From Euryarchaeota archaeon UBA4 (GTDB taxonomy: Archaea > Thermoplasmatota > Poseidoniia > Poseidoniales > Thalassarchaeaceae): a DNA stretch of 53,122 nucleotides. Every line of letters begins with the position of its first letter. The stretch's first letter is position 1. The position numbers and the translations under genes were made by a program. Below are positions 34,773 through 44,124 of the stretch, piece by piece. The notes under the pieces were generated by a model. The model made no database searches and had not been told where the DNA came from. It saw only the letters and a list, made by a program, of their open reading frames with translations. The stretch is taken from positions 8,600 through 61,721 of the forward strand of contig DAFQ01000001.1 of NCBI GenBank assembly GCA_002497985.1, given 5' to 3'.

Positions 34773-35978
34773 ATGAACCCCTCGGTCGATATTGGATTAT
34801 TCGACCTACTCAACGGTTATGTCCCACCAACTGTTCGCAATATTGTGAAGGCAGTTATTGTTGACTGGGTCAGGAGCCCGTTTCATCGTGCCCACAAAGG
34901 GGCGATGTCAACATTTAGGCCCGATGAGATACTCGGCCAGGTTACGAAATCACTCCTATCTAGAAACTCAATCCCTCTCGATTCGGTAGACGATATTCTT
35001 GTTGGATGTGCATATCCCGAGGGCGAACAGGGCTACAATATTGGAAGACTATCTGTTTTCCTAGGTGGACTTCCAAACAGTGTTCCCGGTGCGACATTTA
35101 ACAGACTATGCGGATCATCCATGCAGGCAATTCTTACTGCCGCGGCCCACATAGAGGTCGGATGGGGAGCATGCTTCATTTGCTCTGGCGTGGAGTCTAT
35201 GAGTAGGGTCCAGAGGAGGGGCTTCAACTGGAGCCCGCATCCTGAATTAGAGCAGAACTATCCCGATGCATATGTCAATATGGGAATCACCGCAGAAAAC
35301 GTCGCCGAGAAATGGGCCATTTCAAGAGAGGAGCAGGAGCAGTTCGCTTTGGAGTCCCATCACAAAGCGAGCACCGCCTCCAAGTCCGGCTTCTTTAATG
35401 ACGAGTTATGTGCCATTGTTGGGGCGGACTCAGTGGTCGACTCCGATGGCTGCGTTCGTCCGGAAACAAATATTGAGTCAATGTCCAAACTCAAACCAGC
35501 ATTTATCGAGGAGGGCAGTGTAACGGCAGCAACATCATCCCCACTTACGGACGGAGCCGTGTCCATGCTGGTGTGTAGTGAGGAATTTGCAAAGTCACAC
35601 GGACTCGAACCGATCGCCAGAATAGTTTCTGGAGCCGTTGTTGGGTGCCCTCCCGAGTTAATGGGAATAGGGCCGATAGAAGCGTCAAATATGGCTATAT
35701 CGAGGGCTAATTGGGAAATCGACTCTATTGACATCTTTGAGATTAATGAGGCATTCTCTTCACAGAGCTTAGCTGTGATAAGGGAATTGAAGATAGACCC
35801 CAACAAGGTCAATATCGATGGCGGTGCTTTGGCATTGGGTCACCCTCTAGGTGCCTCTGGAGCAAGGATTACTGGAAAGGCCGCCTCACTCATCAGAAGA
35901 ACTGGTTCTCAGCGTGCCCTGGCAACGATGTGCATCGGTGGAGGGATGGGGATCGCTATTGCCCTGGAGAGTCCCTAA
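34773..35978 (+). CDS. acetyl-CoA C-acetyltransferase (thiolase II, bacterial/eukaryotic type)
   Basis: The active-site Cys block NRLCGSSMQAI is present, as are NIDGGALALGHPLGASGARI and the C-terminal CIGGGMGIA. ATG 34773 is preferred over the track start at 34719, which overlaps kptA. Confidence 0.9.
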   Translation: MNPSVDIGLFDLLNGYVPPTVRNIVKAVIVDWVRSPFHRAHKGAMSTFRPDEILGQVTKSLLSRNSIPLDSVDDILVGCAYPEGEQGYNIGRLSVFLGGLPNSVPGATFNRLCGSSMQAILTAAAHIEVGWGACFICSGVESMSRVQRRGFNWSPHPELEQNYPDAYVNMGITAENVAEKWAISREEQEQFALESHHKASTASKSGFFNDELCAIVGADSVVDSDGCVRPETNIESMSKLKPAFIEEGSVTAATSSPLTDGAVSMLVCSEEFAKSHGLEPIARIVSGAVVGCPPELMGIGPIEASNMAISRANWEIDSIDIFEINEAFSSQSLAVIRELKIDPNKVNIDGGALALGHPLGASGARITGKAASLIRRTGSQRALATMCIGGGMGIAIALESP

Positions 35979-36534
35979 TTAGGCTTCCAGAACAGCTCGG
36001 GCACTTGTCTTGAATGCCGAGCTTAGAAGGAATGACTGCAAGAATACTGTGGCAACTGGGGCACGTTGCAAGCACCTCATCTTGACTCAGGACAATTCCG
36101 CTATCAGATCCGGAACTACCTGAATACCATTGAGTAAACGCCCTGCTCCTTAGCACCCTGACCCTCCGGATCGAGCTGATTCCGAGAATAGCGTATAGAG
36201 CACCCTGAAAACCATGCCCCATCGAAAAAATTGTTATTCCGGAGATAAGCAATGAGAAACTACTGATGGAGAGGAATGAAACTCCGAACCAGGGTCCGGA
36301 AGTACTCCTTGATCTAAGGGTGAATATCGCTGCAATTCCCATTGGTACTGATAGTAATGAAGCTAGTATGGAAGCAGAAACGGATATGGAAACACGATAC
36401 TGGAGAAGTGATATTGAAAGGAGAAGTATCAGTACAGTCATCACTGAGATGAATACAATAAGGTGTCTGAGGAGCCTGTCCATGCCTCTTGAATCGGATA
36501 GGCCCATGGGTCTGCACGCAGGCGACGCACTCAT
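35956..36534 (-). CDS. hypothetical membrane protein with a C-terminal zinc ribbon
   Basis: It has several hydrophobic helices (LIVFISVMTVLILLLSISLL, PMGIAAIFTL, FSLLISGITIFSMG), followed by CPSCHSILAVIPSKLGIQDKCPSCSG. Confidence 0.5.
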   Translation of the reverse strand: MSASPACRPMGLSDSRGMDRLLRHLIVFISVMTVLILLLSISLLQYRVSISVSASILASLLSVPMGIAAIFTLRSRSTSGPWFGVSFLSISSFSLLISGITIFSMGHGFQGALYAILGISSIRRVRVLRSRAFTQWYSGSSGSDSGIVLSQDEVLATCPSCHSILAVIPSKLGIQDKCPSCSGSLIRDSPGQ

Positions 36535-36558
36535 GAATCACTCGGCACTCCGCAGTAC

Positions 36559-37761
36559 GTGAGCAGAGACACGGGCGTAACTATCGCGAGCCGTTCCCTC
36601 CGGGGTCGCCGCATACTCCTGGCAGTCACAGGGGGCATCGCTGCAGTTGAATCAGTCAAACTCTCCAGGGAGCTACGAAGGCACGGCGCCGAAATCACCC
36701 CCTTGATGTCCTCAGATGCAACCAGGGTAATTTCACCACTGGCACTGTCATGGGGCTCTGGTGCCGAAGTAATCACGTCTTGGGAACCATCTATGGCCCA
36801 ACTTAGTGACTTTGACGCTGTACTCGTTGCTCCTGCAACCAGAAACACCATCGCAAAGCACCTCCATGGAATAATGGACTCTCCAATTCTAATGGCACTA
36901 TCTGCATCACGTGGAAATGGCACCCCTATTCTCTTCGTGCCATCGATGCACAAGGACCTCTTCGACGATCCTGTAACCGAGGAATTACTATCATCAATAA
37001 TTGAATCAGGAGGATTGGTATTGCACGACTCAGAGAGCGAGGGGAAGAGGAAGCAGCCAGACCCCGTATCAATTGTGGCGGAATTATGCCATATTTGCAA
37101 CTCGACTCTTCCAAATAGGAGAAGGGTGGCAATCACCCTAGGTGCAAATAGGGCACCCATCGACTCTGTCAGAGCTATCCAGAACGCATCATCGGGAAGA
37201 ACCGGTTGGGCCATTGCTGAGCACCTGCATAGAATGGGCCACGAAGTCACTTGTATTGCTGGAAAGACATCTGTACGTTCTACGTTCACCATGCCCGATG
37301 TCAGGGTGGATGGATCACCTGGTGGAATGCTCACATTGGCCAAAGAATTAGCGTCATCGAGTCCCGAACCCGAGGTATGGATACATGCAGCCGCAGTTCT
37401 AGACTATTTTCAAGACCCTATCGATGGAAAGAAACCCAGTGGAGAAGGGGACTGGAAGCTAACCCTCAGTCAGGGGCCGAAGCACATTTCTGAATTATCC
37501 GAGTTCACAGAGGGGGCGTATCGCATAGGGTTCAAACTAGAAGTCGACTCATCTGAGGACGATCTGATCAAGCGCTCACTGGAACAGATTTCTAGATATG
37601 GCGTAGATGCTGTTATTGCCAATAATCTCAACGACCTAAAAGATAGAAACTCACCTAGATGCAGAATTGTCATGCCTGATGGTAATTTCTCAGTAATTCG
37701 AGACCAGATATCAATGTGCGAGGCCATCGAGTCGCTAGTTTCGCTTCATGGACCCAAATAG
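36559..37761 (+). CDS. coaBC: bifunctional phosphopantothenoylcysteine decarboxylase / phosphopantothenate--cysteine ligase
   Basis: The N-terminal flavoprotein domain is present (RILLAVTGGIAAVESVKLSRELRRHG, APATRNTIAKHLHG), followed by a C-terminal DFP ligase domain (ITLGANRAPIDSVRAIQNASSGRTG). The start is GTG. Confidence 0.9.
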   Translation: MSRDTGVTIASRSLRGRRILLAVTGGIAAVESVKLSRELRRHGAEITPLMSSDATRVISPLALSWGSGAEVITSWEPSMAQLSDFDAVLVAPATRNTIAKHLHGIMDSPILMALSASRGNGTPILFVPSMHKDLFDDPVTEELLSSIIESGGLVLHDSESEGKRKQPDPVSIVAELCHICNSTLPNRRRVAITLGANRAPIDSVRAIQNASSGRTGWAIAEHLHRMGHEVTCIAGKTSVRSTFTMPDVRVDGSPGGMLTLAKELASSSPEPEVWIHAAAVLDYFQDPIDGKKPSGEGDWKLTLSQGPKHISELSEFTEGAYRIGFKLEVDSSEDDLIKRSLEQISRYGVDAVIANNLNDLKDRNSPRCRIVMPDGNFSVIRDQISMCEAIESLVSLHGPK

Positions 37762-37801
37762 ATGCGAATAATTCAAGCCACGGTTATTCCGGGTTAACAT
37801 C

Positions 37802-39322
37802 ATGACAGGTCATGGCAAGGCCAAGAGGGGGATACCTCCGAAGTCCGACTTCAATTCTTGGTATCCATCTATTGTTGAGATTGCTGACTTGGTTGACAAG
37901 AGGTACCCAATCAAGGGAATGGACGTTTGGAAGCCTTATGGATTGACTGCAATGTCCTTGATTGATGGCTTAGCCCGTAAACAGATGTCTAGGACTGGAC
38001 ACTCTGAATACAGGTTCCCTTTATTGGTCCCGGAGGATCTTCTGGAGAAGGAGAATAAACTCGTCTCTCGTCTAAAAGCGGCTAGAGACGCAGGCGTAGA
38101 CCCATCAGAATTGAGGATGGACGAGGAGGACTCCGGATTCAAGAAGGAGGTATATTGGGTAACTCATGGGGGAGAGAATGAGCTAGACATACCCATGTTT
38201 CTCAGACCTACCTCAGAGACGCCCATGTACTCCATGTTTTCATTATGGGTGAGGAGCCATGCGGACCTGCCTCTGAAGACCTTCCAGATTGTCAATACGT
38301 TCAGGTACGAGACCAAGCAAACTAGGTCCTTCATTAGAGTCAGAGAGATACACTTCTTCGAGGCTCACACGGTTCACGCAACAGAGGAGGATGCAACCGA
38401 GCAGATACATGAGGATGCTGAGATGGTTCAGAATATCCTACATGATCTGTGCTTGCCCAGCATAGTTTCGAAGAGGCCTGTTTGGGACACATTCCCCGGT
38501 GCCTGGTATACCGTGGCTGCAGACGTTGTAATGCCAAACGGTAGGTCACTACAAGTTGCAACATACCATCACTACAGGGATCAATGGGCAGGAGCATTCG
38601 ACCTCTCATACGAGGATTCCGAGGGTAAGTCAAGACTATGCCATCAGACCACATTTGGCATGTCCGAGAGGCTTCTAGGTGCAGTTGTAGGTATGCATGG
38701 GGACGATCAGGGGTTGATTATGCCGCCTGCAATCGCACCCTACCAAGTAGTCCTGTTTCCCGTTGCAGCCCATGCAAATGAAGACGTCCTGCCCGCCATT
38801 GAGGGGCTAGCATCCTCGTTGAGCGATTGCGGCTTCAGAGTAAAATTAGACCTTCGCGATGTCAGACCTGGCGTCAAGCACTACGACTGGGAGATCAAGG
38901 GGGCCCCCATAAGGCTGGAGCTAGGGCCTCGTGACCTCGCGTCCGGAAACTGTATCTTGTCTCTAAGGACTGGCGGAAAGAATGAGGTATCTCTCGATGG
39001 AATCGCTGAAACAATTTCGGAGGCACTGGATTCCATATCCGACGAATTACGTTCTAGATCTTCGGTGCACATCGAGTCTCTAATCAGGCCGTTTCCAGGC
39101 ATAGTCATGCAGGGTGGCAAATGGGAACTCGCTGGAGAAATTGAAGATGGAATAATCTACGAGATCGCATTCGATGGAAACGACTCAGATGCCGAGGTTC
39201 TTGAGAAGTTAACCGGACTCGCAATACTCGGTGACTGTGATAGTCAGTTCTCCGAGCCAAGACCCTGCGTGGTAACAGGGAGAATGACATCAAGAAGGCA
39301 GTACCTAGCTAGGATGTATTGA
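37802..39322 (+). CDS. proS: proline--tRNA ligase (archaeal/eukaryotic type)
   Basis: FNSWYPSIVEIADLVD and the class II motifs (FRYETKQTRSFIRVREIHFFEAHT, TFGMSERLLG) are present. The protein ends in a C-terminal Tyr (ARMY), as in archaeal-type ProRS. Confidence 0.95.
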   Translation: MTGHGKAKRGIPPKSDFNSWYPSIVEIADLVDKRYPIKGMDVWKPYGLTAMSLIDGLARKQMSRTGHSEYRFPLLVPEDLLEKENKLVSRLKAARDAGVDPSELRMDEEDSGFKKEVYWVTHGGENELDIPMFLRPTSETPMYSMFSLWVRSHADLPLKTFQIVNTFRYETKQTRSFIRVREIHFFEAHTVHATEEDATEQIHEDAEMVQNILHDLCLPSIVSKRPVWDTFPGAWYTVAADVVMPNGRSLQVATYHHYRDQWAGAFDLSYEDSEGKSRLCHQTTFGMSERLLGAVVGMHGDDQGLIMPPAIAPYQVVLFPVAAHANEDVLPAIEGLASSLSDCGFRVKLDLRDVRPGVKHYDWEIKGAPIRLELGPRDLASGNCILSLRTGGKNEVSLDGIAETISEALDSISDELRSRSSVHIESLIRPFPGIVMQGGKWELAGEIEDGIIYEIAFDGNDSDAEVLEKLTGLAILGDCDSQFSEPRPCVVTGRMTSRRQYLARMY

Positions 39323-40165
39323 TCATCTCTTTCTCAAAAATAGAAGTATTGTTGTCAGGCCAAAGAGCATCATTAGTGCTCCATCGATGATCCCACCAGT
39401 ACCGGCTGATTCCCACGAGCCAATGTCGTTATATTCGGGCAGTTCGGTCCACAGAAGCCTCGTGTTATCCTCACATTTAGGTGTCAGCTGCTGGATATTC
39501 GCCAATGCTTGAACCGAGTCCCCGACAGTGCCATTGCTGTATGCCACTGCAACTCCTTCAAGATGCAGTACCGAGAGATAGGTATAGGGTGGCTTTGTGA
39601 CCATCCAGTTCTCCGTCTGAATCCTCACGGTCTCTCCAGCCGTCCAACTAGAACCTCCTTCATCGACGACCTCATTCGATCCATCCTCAGAAATGACCCA
39701 TGTAATGCTGTAGTTTGATGAGATATTCATACCTGTCACCGTCCATGAAATTAGGAGGCTCCCATCAATCTCAGTAGCCGAAGAAGTGTACGTCAGAACT
39801 TTCGGTCCTACCTCATCTTCGCATAGTGGGACGTAAGCGCCAATTCCTACTGCAACGTTCGATGCAACAATGCACAGACAGATTACGCTTGCAGTAATCA
39901 GTATCTTCGACCTCCTGGGCTTCCTTGCCTCATCCATTCCCTCTTCAGGATCTATATCTGCCTCAGGTAACTCTACACCACCATTGCCATTCGATGCCGC
40001 TATTCCATGGGCCTTCGGCTTAACAGGGGGACTTACTCCCATCTCCTCCAGTGCATCTCTGCCGTATATTCTCTCAGCCATCGAATAAAGCTCCGGATCA
40101 TCCTCGATTACCGAGGGATCTATGGAACCATCAAGCAGTCCCTTCAGCCTCTCCGAGTCACCCAT
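39323..40165 (-). CDS. hypothetical bitopic/two-TM surface protein
   Basis: The order is an acidic cytoplasmic N-terminus, a TM helix (ILITASVICLCIVASNVAVGIGAY), and a Ser/Thr-rich, probably extracellular domain of about 150 aa. It ends in a C-terminal TM helix followed by basic residues (GALMMLFGLTTILLFLRKR). Confidence 0.55.
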   Translation of the reverse strand: MGDSERLKGLLDGSIDPSVIEDDPELYSMAERIYGRDALEEMGVSPPVKPKAHGIAASNGNGGVELPEADIDPEEGMDEARKPRRSKILITASVICLCIVASNVAVGIGAYVPLCEDEVGPKVLTYTSSATEIDGSLLISWTVTGMNISSNYSITWVISEDGSNEVVDEGGSSWTAGETVRIQTENWMVTKPPYTYLSVLHLEGVAVAYSNGTVGDSVQALANIQQLTPKCEDNTRLLWTELPEYNDIGSWESAGTGGIIDGALMMLFGLTTILLFLRKR

Positions 40166-40228
40166 ATTGCTATCTCGTCAATGCATACTTCATCAATCAA
40201 ACGCAAGCATGAACAGAATTGAGTCATT

Positions 40229-41176
40229 TCATCGACTGTTGAGCAATTCTCGGGCCCTTTTCACGATTTCATCTCTGGTTAGTCCAAGAGACTCCATGAG
40301 ATCAGAGGACGAGCCACTTTCACCGAACCTGTCGTCAACACCCACCATCTGAACGGGAAATCCCCCCGCAGACGACATATACTCTGCTACAGCACTGCCT
40401 AGTCCGCCTATTACAGAATGGTCTTCAGCCGTTACTATTCCCTCACACTTCATCCTAATTTCATCTAATAGTTCGGTATCAAGAGGTTTTATCGTATGCA
40501 TGTCAATAACGCATGCATCAACGCCTGAATCAGCTAATGTTGAAGCTGCCTCCATTGCCTCAGATACCATGACCCCACAAGCGATAATTGCCACATCATC
40601 ACCCTCCTTGAGTATCGATCCCTTTCCAATTTTCAGTTCTTTAACGGATTCCGTGTCGTACATTCTAGGCGTTTTGTTCCTAGCAGTTCTGGTGTATGAC
40701 GCATTGCCGTGATCCAGGAGTTGGATAGTCAACTCTTCTGCGGATATATCATCCGATGGCGTAATGACGGTTAGTCCGGGGATTGTCCTGTAGATTGCTA
40801 GATCCTCGATTGACTGTGCGCTGCTTCCATCGGTTCCAGTGTGTATGCCCCCATGACTGCCACATATATGCACAGGTAGACCTGGCCGAGCGATACCGTT
40901 CCTCACTTGTTCGAATGCACGTTCGGTAAAGATCGCAAAGGTGCTAGCAAAGGGAATTTTACCAGATGATGCCATGCCCGCAGCTACTAGCATCATATTC
41001 TGCTCAGCTATGCCTAGTGACACTGTCCTTTCGGGAAACTCAGCTCTGAAAAGACATGACTTGGTAGACTTCCCCAGATCTGCCTCTAGGACAACAACTC
41101 GGTGGTCCGATGATAGCTTCAGCAGTGCTGAACCATATCCATCTCTGGATGCACCACCAGCAGAGGGGGCACTCAT
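40229..41176 (-). CDS. transketolase, C-terminal (pyrimidine-binding) subunit
   Basis: RDGYGSALLKLSSDHRVVVLEADLGKST, GIAEQNMMLVAAGMA and the C-terminal domain are present. The gene lies immediately downstream of the N-terminal subunit gene with a 4-nt overlap. Confidence 0.9.
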   Translation of the reverse strand: MSAPSAGGASRDGYGSALLKLSSDHRVVVLEADLGKSTKSCLFRAEFPERTVSLGIAEQNMMLVAAGMASSGKIPFASTFAIFTERAFEQVRNGIARPGLPVHICGSHGGIHTGTDGSSAQSIEDLAIYRTIPGLTVITPSDDISAEELTIQLLDHGNASYTRTARNKTPRMYDTESVKELKIGKGSILKEGDDVAIIACGVMVSEAMEAASTLADSGVDACVIDMHTIKPLDTELLDEIRMKCEGIVTAEDHSVIGGLGSAVAEYMSSAGGFPVQMVGVDDRFGESGSSSDLMESLGLTRDEIVKRARELLNSR

Positions 41177-42009
41177 GATAACTCCTCCAATGCTAGAGAC
41201 AATTCCTCATCACTAGGTGCCTTTCCATGGAATGATGGGTTATCTTCCATGAATGATATTCCTTTTCCTTTAGTGGTATGTGCAACGATTGCCGAGGGGG
41301 CACTGTCCTGCTCAGATGCCCATTTCAGAGCACCAACAATTTCGCTCATGTCATGTCCATCGATTTCCTTAACGTTCCAACCAAAGGAGGAGATTTTTGA
41401 TGCAACATCGCCGACCTCCATCTGAACGTTTACGAAGTCATCGTTCTGAATTCTATTCCTATCTACAATCATCTTCAGTCCACTGACCTCGTGAAAGTTA
41501 GCAGCCATCATGGCTTCCCACACCTGTCCCTCTTGGAGCTCCCCATCTCCCACCATAACCCATGTCTCTCTTGAACTAGAGTCCATCCTTGCTGCTATGG
41601 CGCATCCGAGCCCGAACGAGAGACCCATGCCCAGACTCCCAGCAGAGAAGTCCACGCCATCAGTCCACTTCATGTCGACGTGCCCCTGGCATACTGATCC
41701 AAGTGTGCGGAATGTGGACAAATCAGACTCGCTAAGGAAACCCATTTCATGAAGAATTGAATATACTGCTGGACTGGCGTGACCCTTGCTCATAACGAAC
41801 CGGTCCCGATCGGACCAATCTGGATTGTTTCTATCGAACCTAAGCCTAGTCCCATAGAGTGCTACAATAATATCGATAGCAGAAAGAGAACCTCCCGGGT
41901 GGCCAGCTCCTGCCTTGTGGATCATTCTTACTATATGCTTCCTGCAATCATTCGACAGATTCTCAAGCTCAGAGATAGACAGGTTCTGATGTCCGACATC
42001 CCCATCCAT
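41173..42009 (-). CDS. transketolase, N-terminal (thiamine-diphosphate-binding) subunit
   Basis: KAGAGHPGGSLSAIDIIVALY, MSKGHASPAVYS and VMVGDGELQEGQVWEA are present. ATG 42009 (MDGDVGHQ...) is preceded by AGGAG 4-5 nt upstream and gives the usual length of about 278 aa. The track ORF's extra 113 codons overlap the divergent mqn gene. Confidence 0.88.
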   Translation of the reverse strand: MDGDVGHQNLSISELENLSNDCRKHIVRMIHKAGAGHPGGSLSAIDIIVALYGTRLRFDRNNPDWSDRDRFVMSKGHASPAVYSILHEMGFLSESDLSTFRTLGSVCQGHVDMKWTDGVDFSAGSLGMGLSFGLGCAIAARMDSSSRETWVMVGDGELQEGQVWEAMMAANFHEVSGLKMIVDRNRIQNDDFVNVQMEVGDVASKISSFGWNVKEIDGHDMSEIVGALKWASEQDSAPSAIVAHTTKGKGISFMEDNPSFHGKAPSDEELSLALEELS

Positions 42010-42052
42010 GACACTCCTACAGAATCTAACTAATGATGATTTCCGGGCACCG

Positions 42053-42060
42053 TATATATT
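42053..42060. promoter_or_regulatory. TATA-like element (TATATATT) in the divergent transketolase/mqn spacer
   Basis: This is the only strong AT-rich octamer in spacer 42010-42103. It lies about 47 nt from the minus-strand ATG (42009) and about 48 nt from the plus-strand ATG (42104). Confidence 0.35.
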
Positions 42061-42103
42061 CATCAGACGAATTCTTATCACATACTGCGGGGGGCCGAAT
42101 ATC

Positions 42104-43321
42104 ATGGCGTTAGTGGATGCCCCGTTGTCAGGCAACGACAATTGGCGTGAGACCCTCTCATCGATGCCTGTGCCCCTGTCAGTATCCTCGGATCCAATTT
42201 CCAATTCATGCCTCGAATCATTGATTCGGGATGGCAGAATTTCTGAGGAGCAGGGGATGTCATTGTTTGAAAATCCATCACTATTATCTGTCACATCTCT
42301 AGCTGACATGGTGAAGCGATCACGATACTCAAATAACGTATTCTTCAATGAGAATCTCCATGTAAATACAACAAATATTTGCGTACTCGCATGCCGCTTC
42401 TGCGCATTCAGAAAGGGCCCTAGACACCCCGACGCCTATGCCCTTGATGTTGACGAATACATCAGCAGAATACGCCCCATGTCGACAAGCATAGATGAGG
42501 TCCACACTGTTGGAGGGCTTCATCCAACATGGGACGTTGATGACTATTGCAAATTATTTACAGCATGTAAATCGGAATTCCCAGATATACACATCAAAGC
42601 ACTTACTGCTGTAGAGATCAAACATCTCTCCAAGAGATCATCCATAACTGTAGAGGCCACACTCTCGAGACTATTGGATGCTGGACTCGACTCACTGCCC
42701 GGAGGCGGCGCCGAAATCCTCGTCGACAACATCAGGGACAGGATATGCATGGGCAAGGAGTCATCCGATGAATATCTGGAAATCCACTCCATAGCCCACT
42801 CTCTGGGAATGCCAACAAATTGTACAATGCTATTCGGGACCATTGAGTCAATTCAAGACAGGGTGACTCACCTTTCGAGAATCAGAAACCAGCAGGACAT
42901 TAGTGGGGGATTCCAGTGCTTCGTACCATACCCATTCCTTCCTGATAAATCTAGGTTACCAGAGGCGCAACTAGCTACTGGAAGCGAGATAATTAGAGTC
43001 ATTTCTGTTTCTCGATTAATGCTTGATAATGTCCCCCACATCAAGGCATATAGGATGAATATAGGGGACAAACTTGCCTCATTAGCTCTAACATGCGGGG
43101 CTGATGATATCGATGGGACCGTTGGTCATGAGGAGATAATGCATGTGGCCGGAAGCTCCACTAGTTTGGACACAAGTTCGAACCAATTAGCAATTCTGGT
43201 AGAGTCAACAGGCTCCTTACCAATTAAGAGGGACTCGAAGTACTCAGTATTCTCCCCCTACGAAACAAATTCTATCACCCATTCAATTCCATTACCGCAG
43301 ATTAGTACAGAATTGGTGTAG
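42104..43321 (+). CDS. radical SAM enzyme of the futalosine pathway (MqnE/MqnC family)
   Basis: NTTNICVLACRFCAFRKGP carries the CxxxCxxC radical SAM cluster in the MqnC/MqnE context. GGGAEIL and HIKAYRM blocks are also present. The gene lies directly upstream of mqnA. I cannot separate MqnE from MqnC by eye. The start could be ATG 42104 or ATG 42164. Confidence 0.78.
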   Translation: MALVDAPLSGNDNWRETLSSMPVPLSVSSDPISNSCLESLIRDGRISEEQGMSLFENPSLLSVTSLADMVKRSRYSNNVFFNENLHVNTTNICVLACRFCAFRKGPRHPDAYALDVDEYISRIRPMSTSIDEVHTVGGLHPTWDVDDYCKLFTACKSEFPDIHIKALTAVEIKHLSKRSSITVEATLSRLLDAGLDSLPGGGAEILVDNIRDRICMGKESSDEYLEIHSIAHSLGMPTNCTMLFGTIESIQDRVTHLSRIRNQQDISGGFQCFVPYPFLPDKSRLPEAQLATGSEIIRVISVSRLMLDNVPHIKAYRMNIGDKLASLALTCGADDIDGTVGHEEIMHVAGSSTSLDTSSNQLAILVESTGSLPIKRDSKYSVFSPYETNSITHSIPLPQISTELV

Positions 43322-43323
43322 AG

Positions 43324-44124
43324 ATGAGTTGGAACGGGGTAATTGGCAGGGTTTCATTCTCAAATTGCGATCCAATTTTTGATGGCATCGATGAAAACTG
43401 GTCGATCCTGCCTGCACCCCCAGCTTGGCTAACTGGCCATGTCATGAGGAGGGATTGCCTAACTGCCCCAATTCCTGCAGCCGACTATGCACTCAATCAC
43501 GAGGAGCTTTTCCTCTTGCCCGATTTGGGAATAGTAAGCAGTGGCGATGTCGGATCAGTTCTACTATTCGGCTCCCGGCCACTAGAGAATATGAGGGATA
43601 TCGCACTCCCCTCTGACTCCTCCACATCAAAGGTCCTGCTGAGGTGGGCACTAAAGAATCGTGGTTTGGATCCTAAATTTATTGAGTCCGGGCCAGATAT
43701 TGATACTATGCTGTCCAAGTGCGATGGGGCATTGCTTATCGGCGACAGGTCATTGATGGCTTCTATGGAGCGCCCTGACCTTGTAAGATTGGATCTAGGC
43801 AGTGAATGGAGTAATGCTACAGGTCTGCCAATGGTTTTCGGTGTGTTCGCAGCTAGGAGGGACTCGCCCCTGGAGGATCTAAGAGCGGCATATTCCGATA
43901 TGATGTCCCAATTGCATAAATTCGAGTTCGATGAGGAATGGCGGTCCCAAGTAATCACAAGGTCTTCGCACAAACTGGGATTCCCATATGAAAGGATGGA
44001 TGACTATTTCAGAAGAGAGGTCAGAAACAGGATGACGGATATTGATGTCAACGGACTTACAACTTTCCTAAGAGTCGCATGTGGGATGGAAGAAGATCCG
44101 ACATGGGCATTTCATTCGGAGTAA
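43324..44124 (+). CDS. mqnA: chorismate dehydratase MqnA (futalosine pathway)
   Basis: IGRVSFSNCDPIF, DGALLIGDRSL and LDLGSEWSNATGLPMVFGVFAARRD match the MqnA (periplasmic-binding-protein-like) pattern. Confidence 0.8.
   Translation: MSWNGVIGRVSFSNCDPIFDGIDENWSILPAPPAWLTGHVMRRDCLTAPIPAADYALNHEELFLLPDLGIVSSGDVGSVLLFGSRPLENMRDIALPSDSSTSKVLLRWALKNRGLDPKFIESGPDIDTMLSKCDGALLIGDRSLMASMERPDLVRLDLGSEWSNATGLPMVFGVFAARRDSPLEDLRAAYSDMMSQLHKFEFDEEWRSQVITRSSHKLGFPYERMDDYFRREVRNRMTDIDVNGLTTFLRVACGMEEDPTWAFHSE

Noticed and set aside
36531-37343. A 270-codon ORF on the minus strand, antisense to coaBC. Similar long antisense ORFs occur at 46899-47690 (263 aa, Gly-run mirror of the polyproline tract), 4008-4541, 29834-30358, 32983-33489, 43497-43973 and 20170-20586.
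   Set aside because: Each lies entirely inside a gene with strong family motifs on the other strand. Their translations are low-complexity (Ser/Pro/Ala/Gly-rich) with no recognisable motifs. They are typical shadow ORFs.
42010-42348. A 113-codon N-terminal extension of the transketolase N-subunit ORF (track 41173-42348).
   Set aside because: The extension has no transketolase similarity, and it overlaps the divergent mqn radical SAM gene and the promoter spacer. The internal ATG 42009 has an AGGAG ribosome-binding site and gives the canonical subunit length.
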